This document shows, in pieces, positions 41,101 through 54,589 of a stretch of 64,000 nucleotides of DNA. Below the pieces are notes generated by a model. The model was not told the origin of the DNA. It ran no database searches and was given only the letters and a program-made list of their open reading frames with translations. The stretch covers positions 132,866,001-132,930,000 of the forward strand of contig NC_042997.1 in NCBI RefSeq assembly GCF_006345805.1, written 5' to 3'. The stretch's first letter is position 1. The number at the start of each line of letters is the position of its first letter. This DNA is from Octopus sinensis. Taxonomy: Eukaryota. The translations under genes were made by a program, and so were the position numbers.

Positions 41101-41759
41101 AGACAAAGAATAAATTTATCACGTCTTTATTATCCTTACCTACAATTGTTTCGTTATCACTCCGTTTTTAACACCATTGCACGTAAATGACTCCATATGA
41201 ACTGTTACGAAATATTTGATGTTGATTATATCGGGGTGGCACTTCATCAGACTAGCATCAAAACGTTCGCTCTTACGCTGTGCAACAGACATGCATTTTA
41301 TGATGTTTTCTAAATTTAAATATTTACACACTATTATTAACAACTTAGTCTACTTCGTGTTTAACCTTTAAAAACGAATTACTTTATAACCCACCAAGTT
41401 TCAAAATTTTTTATTACGTAAAAAAACTATGTTTATTTTGGGGCGATGTTTTTATGTATGAAATCGAATAATGTGGCGGGTTTTCTATTTTATCGATTCT
41501 GGATTGATGAAAGGTAAAAATGAACTTGTCGCAATTTGAAACTCAACAGAAAATACAAAATATTATGTTGTAATAAGCATATATATTAAACAATGGTAAA
41601 CTGAGCTAACATATCAACATTGATTAGGCTGCGTTTTAGAAAAGTTGAATAAAAGAAACGCACCAATTTAAGAAAATATTTGTAGTAACAACGAAGGCGA
41701 TAAAGAAGGAATATGCTTCTAAGATGTATTTTTGTTTTGAATGTTACAGATCTCCAGTA

Positions 41760-41945
41760 AGGCAGCGAGCTGGCAGAACCGTTAGCACGCAGGGTAAAAT
41801 GTTTAGCGGCATTTCACCTGTTCTGAGTTCAAATTCCCGCCAAGGTCGACTTTGGTTTCATCCTTTCGATCAGCTAAATAACAGTTGAACACTGGGATCG
41901 AAGTAATCGACTACCCCTTCCCCCGACGTTTCTGCAATTTGAAAC
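41760..41945 (+). mobile_element. SINE family B, diverged
   Basis: GGCAGCGAGCTGGCAGAACCGTTAGCACG head. Confidence 0.75.
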
Positions 41946-43001
41946 CAATATTAGTGTTCTCCTGCTTTCTCATCATTTTCGTCATCATCATCATCATTAA
42001 CATTATCGTCGCCACAACTATCTATATAGCTGTCCCCTTTCCCTCCCCCCCTCTCATTAGCTAACACACTAAAGTTTCCTATCTCTTTTCCATCTCGGTA
42101 TACTTCGAGTAATTCAATATTAGTCGCAGGTTTCTTTTGTCTATGAATTAGAAAAAAAAAAAAAAGAGCAAGAAAGAAAAAGTATATATTTCTATGTAAA
42201 TAGATGCCTGCTTCTGTGAACATCGTTTGGTATCCCTTGGAAACAACAAATGTTCTTGCTATATTCCCATGTGGTAGATTCTTTAAAAAAAAGCAAAATC
42301 CAAAATTAAACAACAGTACAAAATAAAAAGTACTTCACATAAATCTTATGTGACACTTGGAAGAAAATCCTACTCTATAGAAAGAATAAAAGTGTTTATT
42401 ATCAATATCTTCATATTTGCGTAACCCGATTATTAAGTTTCAAGCCAAACCAATTCCTAACAATAAGTGTTTGTATGTGTGTATGTGTACATATGTATAT
42501 ATTTGTGTATGTACGTCTGTATGTTGTGTGGTTAGGTTTGTGTTTGCGTAGTATGTCGGTGTGTACTTTATCGGTTATAAATCATCATGTTATACATCAT
42601 ATTGGTTTCTGTCTCTGTCTCCTTCTTTCTTTCTTTCTTTCTTTCTTTCTTTTCTCTCCCATTTCGGTGTGGACACAGCAAAAGCAATTATTCCCTGTGC
42701 AATATAGACATCAGATATAAGTTCGAATCTACTTCAGGCATAGAATTCTTTAATGTATTTACGAAAAGAGGGAAAAATACCCCTCCTCCTATGAATCGTA
42801 TAGAGTAACGTTTCAAATTTAATCCGAACTGAGTATTCTATATTCTTGTATCTATTCTTTCATAAAGTTTTTAATTTCTTTATAGCTCATTGGTACAGCT
42901 CGTAACCGAAAATTAGTGAATTTAAATGACAATTAAGTTCACGTCTCTCTCTCCCTCCTCATCACTCTCTGTATATACATACACATACATACATACATAC
43001 A

Positions 43002-43050
<49 letters not shown>

Positions 43051-43402
43051 TCTTTTTTATGTACATTCCTTTGTGTACACTGATTTGTTCTGCTTTTTTA
43101 TGTTTAACCCTACAGTCTCTTATGTGGTGGTTTAATAAAGTATGTGATTGAGTATTATCTGATAATTGATATTTGATTTAGATGTATTTCTCCATTTTCT
43201 TATCTTGTATTAGTAATTTGTGGCAAAACCTTTCACCTTTGCCCATATGATACAGTAAATGAATTGATTGCATCGCAATCCTTAACATTTATGTATTAAC
43301 TTTGTTGGGTACTTCACTAGCAGTATATTGGATATATGTTATCCCATGGAGGGTTGCATTTACAACCCCTATCTCAATTTATATATATATATATATATAT
43401 AT

Positions 43403-44462
43403 AAAAAGGGGACCAAGAAGTGGATCGAAACGACGTGTAACCTGTCCTGTATTTGGTTTTCGTTTTCCGTTTTCTTGTTTTTTGTTTTTTGGCTTTTTCT
43501 GTTTCTACGTCTTATTGTGATGTCCTGTACTTCCGTATAATTATTTATATATGCATGTATATATACATGTAGATGTAGGTACGTACATATATGTTTGTAT
43601 GTATGCATATATTTTTATTTATCTCCTTATTGTCTGACAGCGCCCCGCATCAGGTTCGTTCCGATTCGTCGTTTCGATCCACTTCTTGGTCCCCTTTTTT
43701 TATATTAATATTATTATATTGAAGATGCGGTACTCTCTCCCTTTGCTTTAACCTCTTCAATCTTTCTCCCTCCCCCTCCTCCTCTCTCTTCGCCGCGTGT
43801 CCCCCTCCTCCTTCCCTCTTCCTTGCCTATAAAACAAAATTCCTTTACACGTGGTTACCACTATTGAAAAGACTGCCTCCACGCGCTGCTACTACACTTT
43901 CGTCCTTGCCAGCAAAAAGGCTTCTTCGTTCGTCCCCTTGTGTGGTTAATTTCCTGTATAGTATTCTTGTTATTTTCTCGTTTTGTAACTAATTGTACTT
44001 TTTGTACATGTATTTTTATTTTTGCAGTTTTATTGTTTGTCTATGCCAGAAAAAAGGCTTTTTCGTTCGTCCTCTTGTGTTTGTTTTTGTACATGTATTT
44101 TAATTTTGCAGTCTTATTGTTACGTCTTGTTTGTGTTCGTACTCATTGTGCCCCGCTGCTTGAAATTTTATTTTAATTCTCTCGCAGGAAGGCCTATTGG
44201 ATTAGTGTTCTGTTATGCCTTCGAAACATGCCTGACTCCTCTAGCGACAGCTGATGACGGGGGTTTTGTCCTTGTGTACCTGTCCTGTATTTGGTTTTCG
44301 TTTTCCGTTTTCTTGTTTTTTGTTTTTTGGCTTTTTCTGTTTCTACGTCTTATTGTGATGTCCTGTACTTCCGTATAATTATTTATATATGCATGTATAT
44401 ATACATGTAGATGTAGGTACGTACATATATGTTTGTATGTATGCATATATTTTTATTTATCT

Positions 44463-44465
<3 letters not shown>
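43403..44465 (+). mobile_element. Penelope-type element with 188-bp terminal direct repeat (43440-43627 = 44278-44465) and 33-bp inverted repeat (43403-43435 / 43667-43699)
   Basis: Both repeats read directly; the direct-plus-inverted terminal arrangement resembles Penelope pseudo-LTRs (inference). Confidence 0.6.
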
Positions 44466-44533
<68 letters not shown>

Positions 44534-44894
44534 TAGAAAAACCCACTTTTTATCAATTCAATAATGAAAAATTAAATTATACCATTTGAACATCTAGAAA
44601 ATTACATATTATAGAAAGATTAAATATAAGATAAAACATATAACGATGATAAAGTAAAGTGCAAAATAATAAATAAAACGTATATATTTGGTAGAATAAC
44701 GACACGTGTTTCGTGGCTATATTTAAGAAATGATTATATTAAAAATAATAGTAGTAGTAGTAAAATCACTTCAATATAAATATAGCCACTCATCAGGTTA
44801 AAGATAACTGCAGTAATAAAATAATTAATTAATAAATATACTTAAATAAGCTTGTAAAGTACAAATATATCCTTTAAAAGAAATATCTATCTAC

Positions 44895-44963
<69 letters not shown>

Positions 44964-44978
44964 GAGAGAGAGAGATAA

Positions 44979-45025
<47 letters not shown>

Positions 45026-45711
45026 GTGTGTGTGTGTGTGTGTGTGTGTGTCTATATGTATATAAAACACATACGTGATTGATATGGTCGAGAATAATTC
45101 TTCAAAGCACCGGGTACTAAAACAGCTTTAGATTCATGGACAAGCGGGATACCTCACTCTGAATCCCATGTAGGAATTATGAACATCGATGTTCCGCCAT
45201 TTTTGTAGCTTGTCAGCATCTCGTATCCGACCAGGATCGGAGATGAATCAATTCGCTAGTCCACAACTTATATGTTCATAGCGTGCAAAACCATGTGCGG
45301 GTATGCCAGGAAAATGAATACGTAAGAATAAATTCACATAAGAAATATAAGCAGCGTTTGTGTAATAAACATTATTCAACCACATATACTTAACGTAAAC
45401 GTGACGTGTATTTGCCGGTAGGCAAATGGAGTGGTGGAGAATACTCCCTCAAAGTACCAGGTGTTGAAACACCTTAGAGCCTTGGCCAGGTGAGATAGAT
45501 CTCCATCAGTCCCATCGAGGAGTGGATGGTCATAAATGTTTTGATGAAGTAATTCATCTCCGAATCTGGTCGGATACGTGATGTTGAAATGCAACAAAAA
45601 TAGCGAAATTTCGATGTCCATCATCCGTAGATGAGATTGAGGGCGAGTTAACTCGCATATTGTAAAGAGTTTGATCATTTGGCGTTTTGAGAGAGCATTC
45701 TCAACCACTAA

Positions 45712-45776
<65 letters not shown>

Positions 45777-45799
45777 TATATATATAACGGTTGCTCATG

Positions 45800-45969
45800 T
45801 ATAACAACCTCCCCTCTCCACGCTACCGATGATATCAAAGGGAAGGCATTGGCACTAGTGGCATCGCAACTCATTTCTACGGCTTAATGAACTGGAGCAA
45901 CGGGAAATAAAGTGTCTTGCTCAAGAACACAACACAGCCCAGTCCGGGAATCGAACTCACTACTTCACG

Positions 45970-45970
<1 letters not shown>
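45800..45970 (-). mobile_element. CORE-like SINE fragment
   Basis: Minus strand GAGTTCGATTCCCGGACTGGGCTGTGTTGTGTTCTTGAGCAAGACACTTTATTTC. Confidence 0.7.
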
Positions 45971-46001
<31 letters not shown>

Positions 46002-46047
46002 GTATGTGTATGTATTTATATACATACAAACACATACACACACACAT

Positions 46048-46119
<72 letters not shown>

Positions 46120-46471
46120 TATATATAGGGTTATAGATACACACATATACACATTTACATTGTGTGGATGTATTTATGTATGCATATATACATGTATATG
46201 CAGAAACATATAAACACATATTTTTTAAAAATTTATGTACGTATAATTACATAAATGCATATATGCGTGCGCGCGTGCTTTTTTACGCTCATAAATGTTA
46301 CATCGAGTCGCATCCTTTTACATCAAAATTTAATTTCCTAAATTATAAAATAAAAGTTTCATAACACTCACACGCGACTGAACTAAGCAGTGCAGTCAAT
46401 ATGACTTTAAAATCGTCAAAATATTTTATAGTAGGAGATTTTTGTTATTCGTTGAAGTGTAGCATGTAAAC

Positions 46472-46780
46472 CAGTGCTCTTCAGCCGGTGTCCATATGAT
46501 CTCTATCGGTCCATATAAGGTTTCTGGGAGTCTACCCAAGCAAAGTAGTCAATTGGGTCCATAATAGTATTTTATAGGTTTCATGGGGAATTTTTTCTTT
46601 AAATATATTTGTTGCAAAAAGCAGCTAAGTGTCTTTCGTTTTCAGTCTACGGAAGTGAATGTGCGATAAACAAAATAGGAATTTCCAAAGAAGTATCTAT
46701 AAAGTATGTAATGGCTATGGGGCGAGCACCGAAATAGAAAAGTAATAATGGGGTGCACTGATGTAGACCAAAATTCAGTT
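46472..46780. mobile_element. Possible degenerate hAT (Charlie-like) MITE
   Basis: Left end CAGTGCTCTTCAGCCGGTGTCCAT resembles CAGTGGTTCTCAACC-type hAT ends; right TIR not recognisable. Confidence 0.3.
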
Positions 46781-46847
46781 AATGTTTATTATTCTGTTTT
46801 GTATTTTTGAAAATATGTTCAAATGTCCTTTCTATATATACATATAT

Positions 46848-47292
46848 AGGCGTAGGAGTGGCTGTGTGGTCGGTAGGTTGCTTACCAAGCACATGGTTCC
46901 CGGTTCAGTCCCACTGCGTGGCCCCTTGAGCAAGTGGCTTCTACTATAGCCTCGGGCTGACCTAAGCCTTGTGAGTGGATTTGGTAGACAGAAACTGAAA
47001 GAAGCCTGTCGTATATATGTATATATATATATATGTGCGTGTTTATGTGTGTGTATGTGTGTGTGTGTGTGTGTCTGTATGTATGTGTGTATATGTTTGT
47101 GTGTCTTTGTTTGTCCCCCATCGCTTGACAACTGATGCTGGTGTGTTTACGTCCCCGTAACTTAGCAGTTCGGCAATAGAGACAGATAGATTAAGTACTA
47201 GGCTTACAAAGAATAAGTTCTGGGGTCAATTTGTTCGATTAAAGGCAGTGCTCTAGCATGACCACAGTCAAATGACTGAAACAAGTAAAAGA
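46848..47292 (+). mobile_element. SINE family A, full length
   Basis: Matches family A consensus end to end. Confidence 0.9.
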
Positions 47293-48474
47293 GTAGTTAT
47301 ATATTTTACATTGACTAATTAAAAATAACATCACCAGCCCGACTGCCACCCCCAATAAAAATATTCCATAACACGGCATTTAATTTTAATTAGAAAATAG
47401 CGAAGTAAAAAAAAATATAACTGAGATATAGATATCGTTATTTTATACTAATTAATGTCAGCTCATGTATCTTGAATTTTATGACTAAGTGAAATATCAT
47501 TTATTTGCAAGTCCTGAAGCTCATGTTTAGTTGCTCCAAATTCTCACTTTAGTTTGTTTTTAAATAGCTTCAACTGTAAATTAAGATGCTAAAGTGTATA
47601 AAATACTGTAGAATAGACTATTTAAAATATCGATAGATTTTTGAGTAGCAACAACTTGAGAATTTCATACGGCAAATAAAAACGCATTAGAAGCGCAAGT
47701 GAAGCGAAAGGACTTCTATCGGAAAATGAAACAGTTTTATTGACTCGCCTTCTGAAGAGCTTACTTTACGGTGTTCGCACTCCAATCGTTATCTATTGAT
47801 TTCTCGCTTCTTTTTCGGGTATATTGGGCCGGTACTTAATTAATACCGGTTTGTCTAGCGTTAAATAGAAGAACGAGCGAGCAATCGGGAGAGAGAGAAA
47901 GAGAGAGAGAAGGGGGAGAGAGAGAGCGCGGAAGTAAGAAAGAGAGAAATGATGCCCTTACCACTATCTTCATTTGATAAGACCTTTTCAACCACAGCTA
48001 ACTTCCCCCAGAAGTTCTGCTATCTATTCCTGACAACTTGGTGAACCGAGCTACGCAATAAAAATATAAATAAAATGTTCTATAGATAAACAATGAATCC
48101 CAGGGGAAATTTATTTCGAAATGTAGGAAGACAAAGCTAAGCACGTCTCACTAACAAGATTTGAACTGTTCATATATGGTCTTAAGTTTCAGCATCTTAA
48201 TCATTCTATCAAAACGCTTCATGTCTCCAGACTCTCATTAGCAATGGTGACGTCTAACAATTTTCTTTTATAAGATAATCAAAGAATAAGAAGTACTGTC
48301 CACGATCATTGCAGATTCTCGTAGAACTGTGATTCGTACAGTTGAAGATCAATCTGAACACTGGTGAGCAAATATCTGAAAGAATAACGTAGCTTGAAAA
48401 GAATTTCAGGGGTTTATTGCCCTGCAAAGAAAGTGTTAGTGGTTTCATTAAAATTAATAGTAATAGTATCATGC

Positions 48475-48670
48475 AAGGTGGTGAGCTGACAGGATCATTA
48501 GCACACCGGGCGAAATGCTTAGCGGCATTTCGACCGTCCGTACGTTCTGAGTTCAAATACCACTGATGTCAACTTAAGAATCGATAAAATAATTACCAGC
48601 GGAGCACTGGGGTCGGTTCTATTTACTTCCCCACCTCCTCTGAAATTACTGATAAAATTTGAAACTAGTA
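48475..48670 (+). mobile_element. SINE family B, diverged
   Basis: GAGCTGACAGGATCATTAGCACACCGGGCGAAATGC head. Confidence 0.7.
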
Positions 48671-49550
48671 TTAATCATCAAAAGACTATGTTAAAACTGT
48701 GTAAAAAATTAAGATAAAATTATTTTAAGGCATAATTAGAGAGCTACATCCCCAGTAGAGGTACAAGAAACATTTTGGACAATTCATAGTGTTGGCTGTA
48801 TGGTTAAGAGATCCGTTTTGCAGCCACGTTGTTTTCTGTTGTTTTAAACTTGTGTTTTAATGGCGGCCATTTGATAATACGCTTTCGAAACTTCGGTTAT
48901 TTTCCCATTTCTCTTTCATTCTGAAAATTTCTTTCTATTCCGCCTTCAATTTCTGATTTTCTCTTTTCCAGTATCTGCTGCATACACAGACGCCCACACA
49001 CGCGCACGCGCATAGTTCACAAACGTGAAATTGTGTTATAACCAAATTGATGGGGATTTAATCAAAATTCGATGTAGTGAAAATTTTGGTATAATGAATT
49101 CACTGACACCAAATCGTCCTTTGTGCATGTGCTAGATATACAAAAATGTCATGGTTAGCAAGGAATTAGAGTTTATTTATCAATTTATCAAACATTTGCA
49201 AGAGCTACAGCACATCACATTTGGAATCAGAGACGTTTCCGCATGAGTAAGAGAGAAAATGACGTGATCGTACCTTTTATTTTCAAATTGAAATTTCAGT
49301 TCACATAGAGATGATATGAAAAAAAAATTAATAAGAAAAAGAAATATGAATCAAAATCTAAAATAATATATACAATGTATGAAGCAGCTATTCTTAGATG
49401 CTCGGTTTGGCTTCATGTCGTTCATTTCCGACCTCTGAAAGGAAGAAAAATTACAATTAAAATATATATATTTGTATAAGGCATGAAGTAATTATGGAGA
49501 ACCATCATGAAATTATAGAATATACATACATACATACATACATACATACA

Positions 49551-49630
<80 letters not shown>

Positions 49631-49715
49631 TCTGTAAATAATAATAATAATAATAATAATAATAATCATAATAATAATAATTGTAAGCTAAAATATATGA
49701 TATATATTCTAATAT

Positions 49716-50099
49716 ATGAAATCATTGAAGAAGCAGTTGAATGGTTGTTACACAAGGATGCTTAGAATGGCACCCAGTGTCTCCTGGAAGAGTCATACAA
49801 CAAACGCCGACTTATATAAGGGACTACCAAATGTAACATTGAAGATAGGGAATAGAAGGATGAAGCTAGCTGAACACTGCATCAGACACACCGATGAAAT
49901 TGCTAACAAGCTGGTGCTCTGCCAATCAACGGAAGGAAGAACCAAGAGAGGAAGGAGAAAGGCGACCTATATCGACAACTTGCTGGAGAATACTGGTATG
50001 GAAGGGGTACAGGAGCTGAGGAACATTATGCAAGATCGAGATGAATGGGGAAAACGTAAAATGTGCGTGGAAAAGGTTTTGGAGCGTCCTGTGAGATGA
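49716..50099 (+). mobile_element. 3' fragment of an RTE/RTE-X-like LINE ORF
   Basis: LNGCYTRMLRMA..VSWKSHTTN..LY..LP....KI..RRMKLAEHCIRH...GRTKRGRRKATYID...MQDRDEW matches the post-RT region of RTE-group LINEs. Confidence 0.75.
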
Positions 50100-50100
50100 C

Positions 50101-50152
<52 letters not shown>

Positions 50153-50294
50153 TATATAAAAGAGATAATGGTGTCACTGAGACCCAGAGGTGTCAGGTAA
50201 TGCTGAATAAGTGCTATAGACAGACCATAGTTAAGTTCCAGATTCAGAAATTTTGCGAATAAGGGGTTCAAAGTTGGTTCGGTGTCAGCGTGTG

Positions 50295-50588
50295 TATATA
50301 AGAATTTTTGCGTAATAAGATAAAAAAATAAGGCTGTGTAGATATTAGAGCATTTATAGATAGAAGATCTTACAGCTGTTTCTAGGATATTTAATAATTA
50401 TAACCCTTCATCGGAGACGGTGTGAGAGGATGATTAAGTCATTAACTATAACTTAACCATCCTCTCACACCGTCTCCGATGAAGGGATATAATTATTAAA
50501 TATCCTAGAAACAGCTGTAAGACCTTCTATCTGTAAATGCTCTAATATCTACACAGCCTTGGTCTTTTTATCTTATTACGCAAAAATT

Positions 50589-50596
<8 letters not shown>
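50295..50596. repeat. Near-perfect palindrome, ~145-bp arms with 11-bp spacer, each arm containing a hammerhead-like motif
   Basis: Arms 50295-50439 and 50451-50596 are reverse complements with few mismatches. Confidence 0.9.
50472..50523 (+). ncRNA. Minimal type I hammerhead-like motif, CCGAUGA core variant
   Basis: GUCU CCGAUGA A GGGAUAU aauuauuaa AUAUCCU A GAAAC AGCU GUA AGAC: stem I GUCU/AGAC, 7-bp stem II, palindromic ACAGCUGU stem III. Confidence 0.6.
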
Positions 50597-50660
<64 letters not shown>

Positions 50661-50725
50661 TGTATGTATGTATGTATGTATATATATATATGTATATATA
50701 TATATATCACATATATATATATATA

Positions 50726-50795
<70 letters not shown>

Positions 50796-51785
50796 GAAAT
50801 ATGTTACAAAAAGAAAATATAAAATACATGTGGAAATGTAAGGGGAAAATAAGAAAAATCAACGAAAATGCACATTGTAAATAAAAAAAGAAAGAAAGGG
50901 CTTTTTGTGAAAGGTAACGACAGATATATACATTTAGATGGATATATATAATATTCTGTAAATAATAATCTATTATAATTATGAGCTTCTTTCTAAGTTT
51001 GTCCAAATTCACGCAATAAGGAAGTAGCAGTGTAAGTAAGAGTAAAAAAAAAGAGAAGAGACAAAAAATTGTAATAACAATGAGAGAGGGAATGTTTTCG
51101 AGCAGCGCCTCTCGTTCTCGCTCTCATCAAAAACCTTTTCACATTATTAATGAAAGCAGATTTTTTCTGATAAACATTAATAACAATAAGTAAATAAGAT
51201 TTTTGCACCTTAAAAGTGTTTTTTTTCTGTATCTCTAAGGATGTTTGACTGTTCTGGAAGATTTTTCTGCTTAAAATGTTGCAAAGTTAATAGAATATAA
51301 AATAAGTAAATAAATAGTAATTTGTAAGTCATGAAATTAAAATATTGTCTATTGAAAGAAATCTTGATAACATTGTCTTTTTAAAGAAAGTTAAATATGA
51401 AAGGAAGGTAATTATAAATATTTACAAATACTTGCCGATGCAGTGATGTTTGTAAATATTTATGAACGAAGAATTCTGCCAAGGCCGTGAAGTTTGTTTT
51501 CAAGATCTTTTTCCGTTTCAGCAGGTAAATAGAGTGAAAGAGAGAGATAGAAAGAGACGAATAGAGACAGAGAAAGACAGACAGAGATTAGAGAACGTGT
51601 AGATGCCACTGGAAAAATGTCTCTGTGTGTATACCGTTAATGTAATCCTGAGTAATTTTGGACTTTGTATGGTTACGAATAGAAATATAGTTACGAATAG
51701 AAACAACCTAACGTGCACATACACAAACATATTCACTTGTTTTGAAGTTTGTGTTCCGTTGTAATAAATATACTCATCCACCTGC

Positions 51786-52200
51786 TATGGAGAATGAATC
51801 AGACGGAAGGCGACGGTTAGCCAGAGAGAGACAAAGGCGAAGAACAGCCAGTCTCGCTCAGAAAGAACTGGACGCAAGAAGATTTAACAATACATAAAGG
51901 TTATTAAATCAATCACAAGAAGTGAGACAAGAGAGACGAGCGTAAGACGTAAGAAGACAGGCTCGAAGACGTCAAAATGAAAAGGAGCGCCTAATTACAC
52001 AAAGGAGAGATATCCAAAGAGGGAGAGAGAGAGTGGGGAGAGAGAGAGAGCAACACAAAAGCGCCAAGATGAAACAGAAGAGCAAGCAGCAGCGACGAGA
52101 GAACATCTAAGAAGAAGAGCATCGAAAAGGCGACAAAATGAAACAGAAGAGGAATAGAGAGAGAGAGAATATCGAGAAGACTGGAAGAATTAATTAATAC
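51786..52200 (+). pseudogene. Degenerate charged-repeat coding remnant (RQDETEEQ / RQNETEEE), similar to STPR-like repeats at the N-terminus of Helitron RepHel proteins
   Basis: Manual translation MENESDGRRRLARERQRRR... and RQDETEEQAAATREHLRRRASKRRQNETEEE, with stops and frameshifts. Confidence 0.35.
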
Positions 52201-52338
52201 AGAAGCGGACCATCCAAAACAAAGCGAACTCATTGCTGGTAGGGTTTTCACTAGAAACGTGCTGTTGAAGCAATTATTGAGATAAAGGTTGTAATGTTTT
52301 TATTTTCTGTATTAATTTCTGACGGCACGGGTACACTA

Positions 52339-52404
<66 letters not shown>

Positions 52405-52454
52405 GTAATAATAATAATAATAAGCTTAAATATATTATATATATATATATATAT

Positions 52455-52617
52455 TAGATCGTTAGCTCCTACACGCATTTTTTTCTCTCCTTGTTTTTTT
52501 CTGTGTATCTTTCTGTCGAAGAGCGTAGGCTCGAAATGTGAAAGACTTTTTCTATTTCTATTTCTGACCGCTATACTAATACATTTGTTTGTTTGTACTC
52601 CACCTGCCTTCGTCTTT

Positions 52618-52620
<3 letters not shown>
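52455..52620 (+). mobile_element. Family H repeat with probably inactive hammerhead motif (52508-52545)
   Basis: UCUUU CUGUCGA A GAGC guag GCUC GAAAU GUG AAAGA; 5-bp stem I but GUG triplet. Confidence 0.7.
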
Positions 52621-52696
<76 letters not shown>

Positions 52697-53154
52697 TGCA
52701 ATATATAATAATCCTATTAGATAATATATTTTTCTAATATATAGTACATATTCTGTAAATAGTAATAATAATAATAATAAGCCTAAAGCTTAGAAGCAAT
52801 CACCGTGCATTAGCTAAAGAAAATAGTCTAATATTGGGGCATATAAGCCCTCGATGAAAAAAAGCGGCTATTAGTACGCATTGGAATCGAACACACTGAT
52901 ACCCATTAATACTCCCTTATTTATGTGAGCAACTGCCTTCGAAGACTTATATTGTCGTTGAATGCTCGAAATAAGGAGTAGGTAGACAGCCGACAACTGA
53001 CAGAGGGTCGTTCTTTCTGTTACTTGGCAAGTTTTCCATTTTTTCTCTCGTTGTTTACATAATTAACTCGTTTGTTTTCGTACTTCATGTTGTTTACACA
53101 GTTGGTGATGTCCTGTACCCATATATAAATATATATATATATATATATTATTAT

Positions 53155-53853
53155 TATTATATGTAGAAAAATATAAACTGGGACAAGAACGTAAAACATT
53201 TAGAAGACGATACAAAAAACAAGGACGGGAATTTCGAAGCCTTCAATCTTCAGTCAAGAACCGGATCATCCTCGCAATTTCGGCTGATTAATCTTGAGAT
53301 CGCTCCGATCCGGCCAGCCCCAAGGAAAATCTAAGCTACGAGCACTAGATTTCTTGGAAAAAGGATCGAATGTATACGAAACAAGGACAGAAAAACGGAC
53401 GATGCCACACGAATATAAATACAAAAAACAATAATAGTAATAACAGGACAAAAACACCGGGTGTCTTACGACTATAGACAGTACAACTTAGTTTAGCTGG
53501 CGTATTTGGAAAAAAAATGCCTTTTTCGGCAGACGAAGAAAACGATGTTCTCGTGGCGCTGGTCAGAAGCCGAAAGGGTGGTTGACCAGCGATCACGTGA
53601 GAGGAGAAGAGAGAGATAAAAGGGGGCAAAGGAATCAAAGAGAGAGAGAAAAAGAAGGATGAAGGCACCAAAGGGGGGAGAAGAGAGAGAAAGAAGGAAT
53701 TAAAGAGGGGAGAAAAAAGAGAGCGTGCCAAGGATTGGCTTGCCGACAGAATCAGTGAAGTGCAAAGTGAGAAAGACAGAGAAATGTGAGAGAGTGGGGG
53801 AAGAGGAGACCAAAGAATCAGAGGCAAGAAAAGAGAAAAGGGGGAGGAGAAGT

Positions 53854-53900
<47 letters not shown>

Positions 53901-54103
53901 CAGATCAAAGTATAGTGCAAAGTGTGAAAGGCAGAGAAATGTAGGAGAGAGAGACAGTGTTATAGAGTTGTACAAAATTTAAAGAAATATGTACTTGCAT
54001 ACAAGGCCAAAGAGGGTACGGACGCCGCTATATATATTATTATATGTAGAAAAATACAAACTGGGATAAGAACGTAAAACATTTAGAATTCGATACAAAA
54101 AAA
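53155..54103 (-). mobile_element. Penelope-type repeat with ~60-bp terminal direct repeat (53155-53220, 54040-54103)
   Basis: TATATGTAGAAAAATA.AAACTGGGA.AAGAACGTAAAACATTTAGAA at both ends; internal GATCACGTGA and GA-rich tract as in related repeats. Confidence 0.5.
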
Positions 54104-54116
54104 ATATATATATATG

Positions 54117-54211
<95 letters not shown>

Positions 54212-54284
54212 AATATTATATTATATACATATATATATATATACATACATATAGACACACACATATATATATGTATATATAAAT

Positions 54285-54366
<82 letters not shown>

Positions 54367-54485
54367 CAATTTAGGAGTGACCCTAACGGGTCATTCGTCC
54401 ACCAGAAAGAGCAGCCATAACTCACACCGCCAAGTAGTAGTAATTCAGAAATTAGGTGAAAATTTAAAAACATTTACCCTAATTC

Positions 54486-54589
54486 ATCTTTTAGACGTTG
54501 CAACGTTTCTGTGTCATTAATGATTAAATTAGCTTAATTAAATTAAATTAAGCTAATCTACCATAGGTTACACTTCATCAGTAAAAAAC
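54486..54589 (-). ncRNA. Type I hammerhead ribozyme in array unit 1 (also units 3, 4, 5; unit 2 has a core change)
   Basis: TCATCAG at 54575-54581 (CUGAUGA on minus), GAC at 54494-54496 (GUC); equivalent GUC sites at 54969, 55439, 55910 and 56383. Confidence 0.85.

Noticed and set aside
53222-53258. Minus-strand CUGAAGA...GAAA...GUC as an intact hammerhead
   Set aside because: Core words are present, but stem I does not pair and stem II is only 3 bp; at most a decayed remnant.
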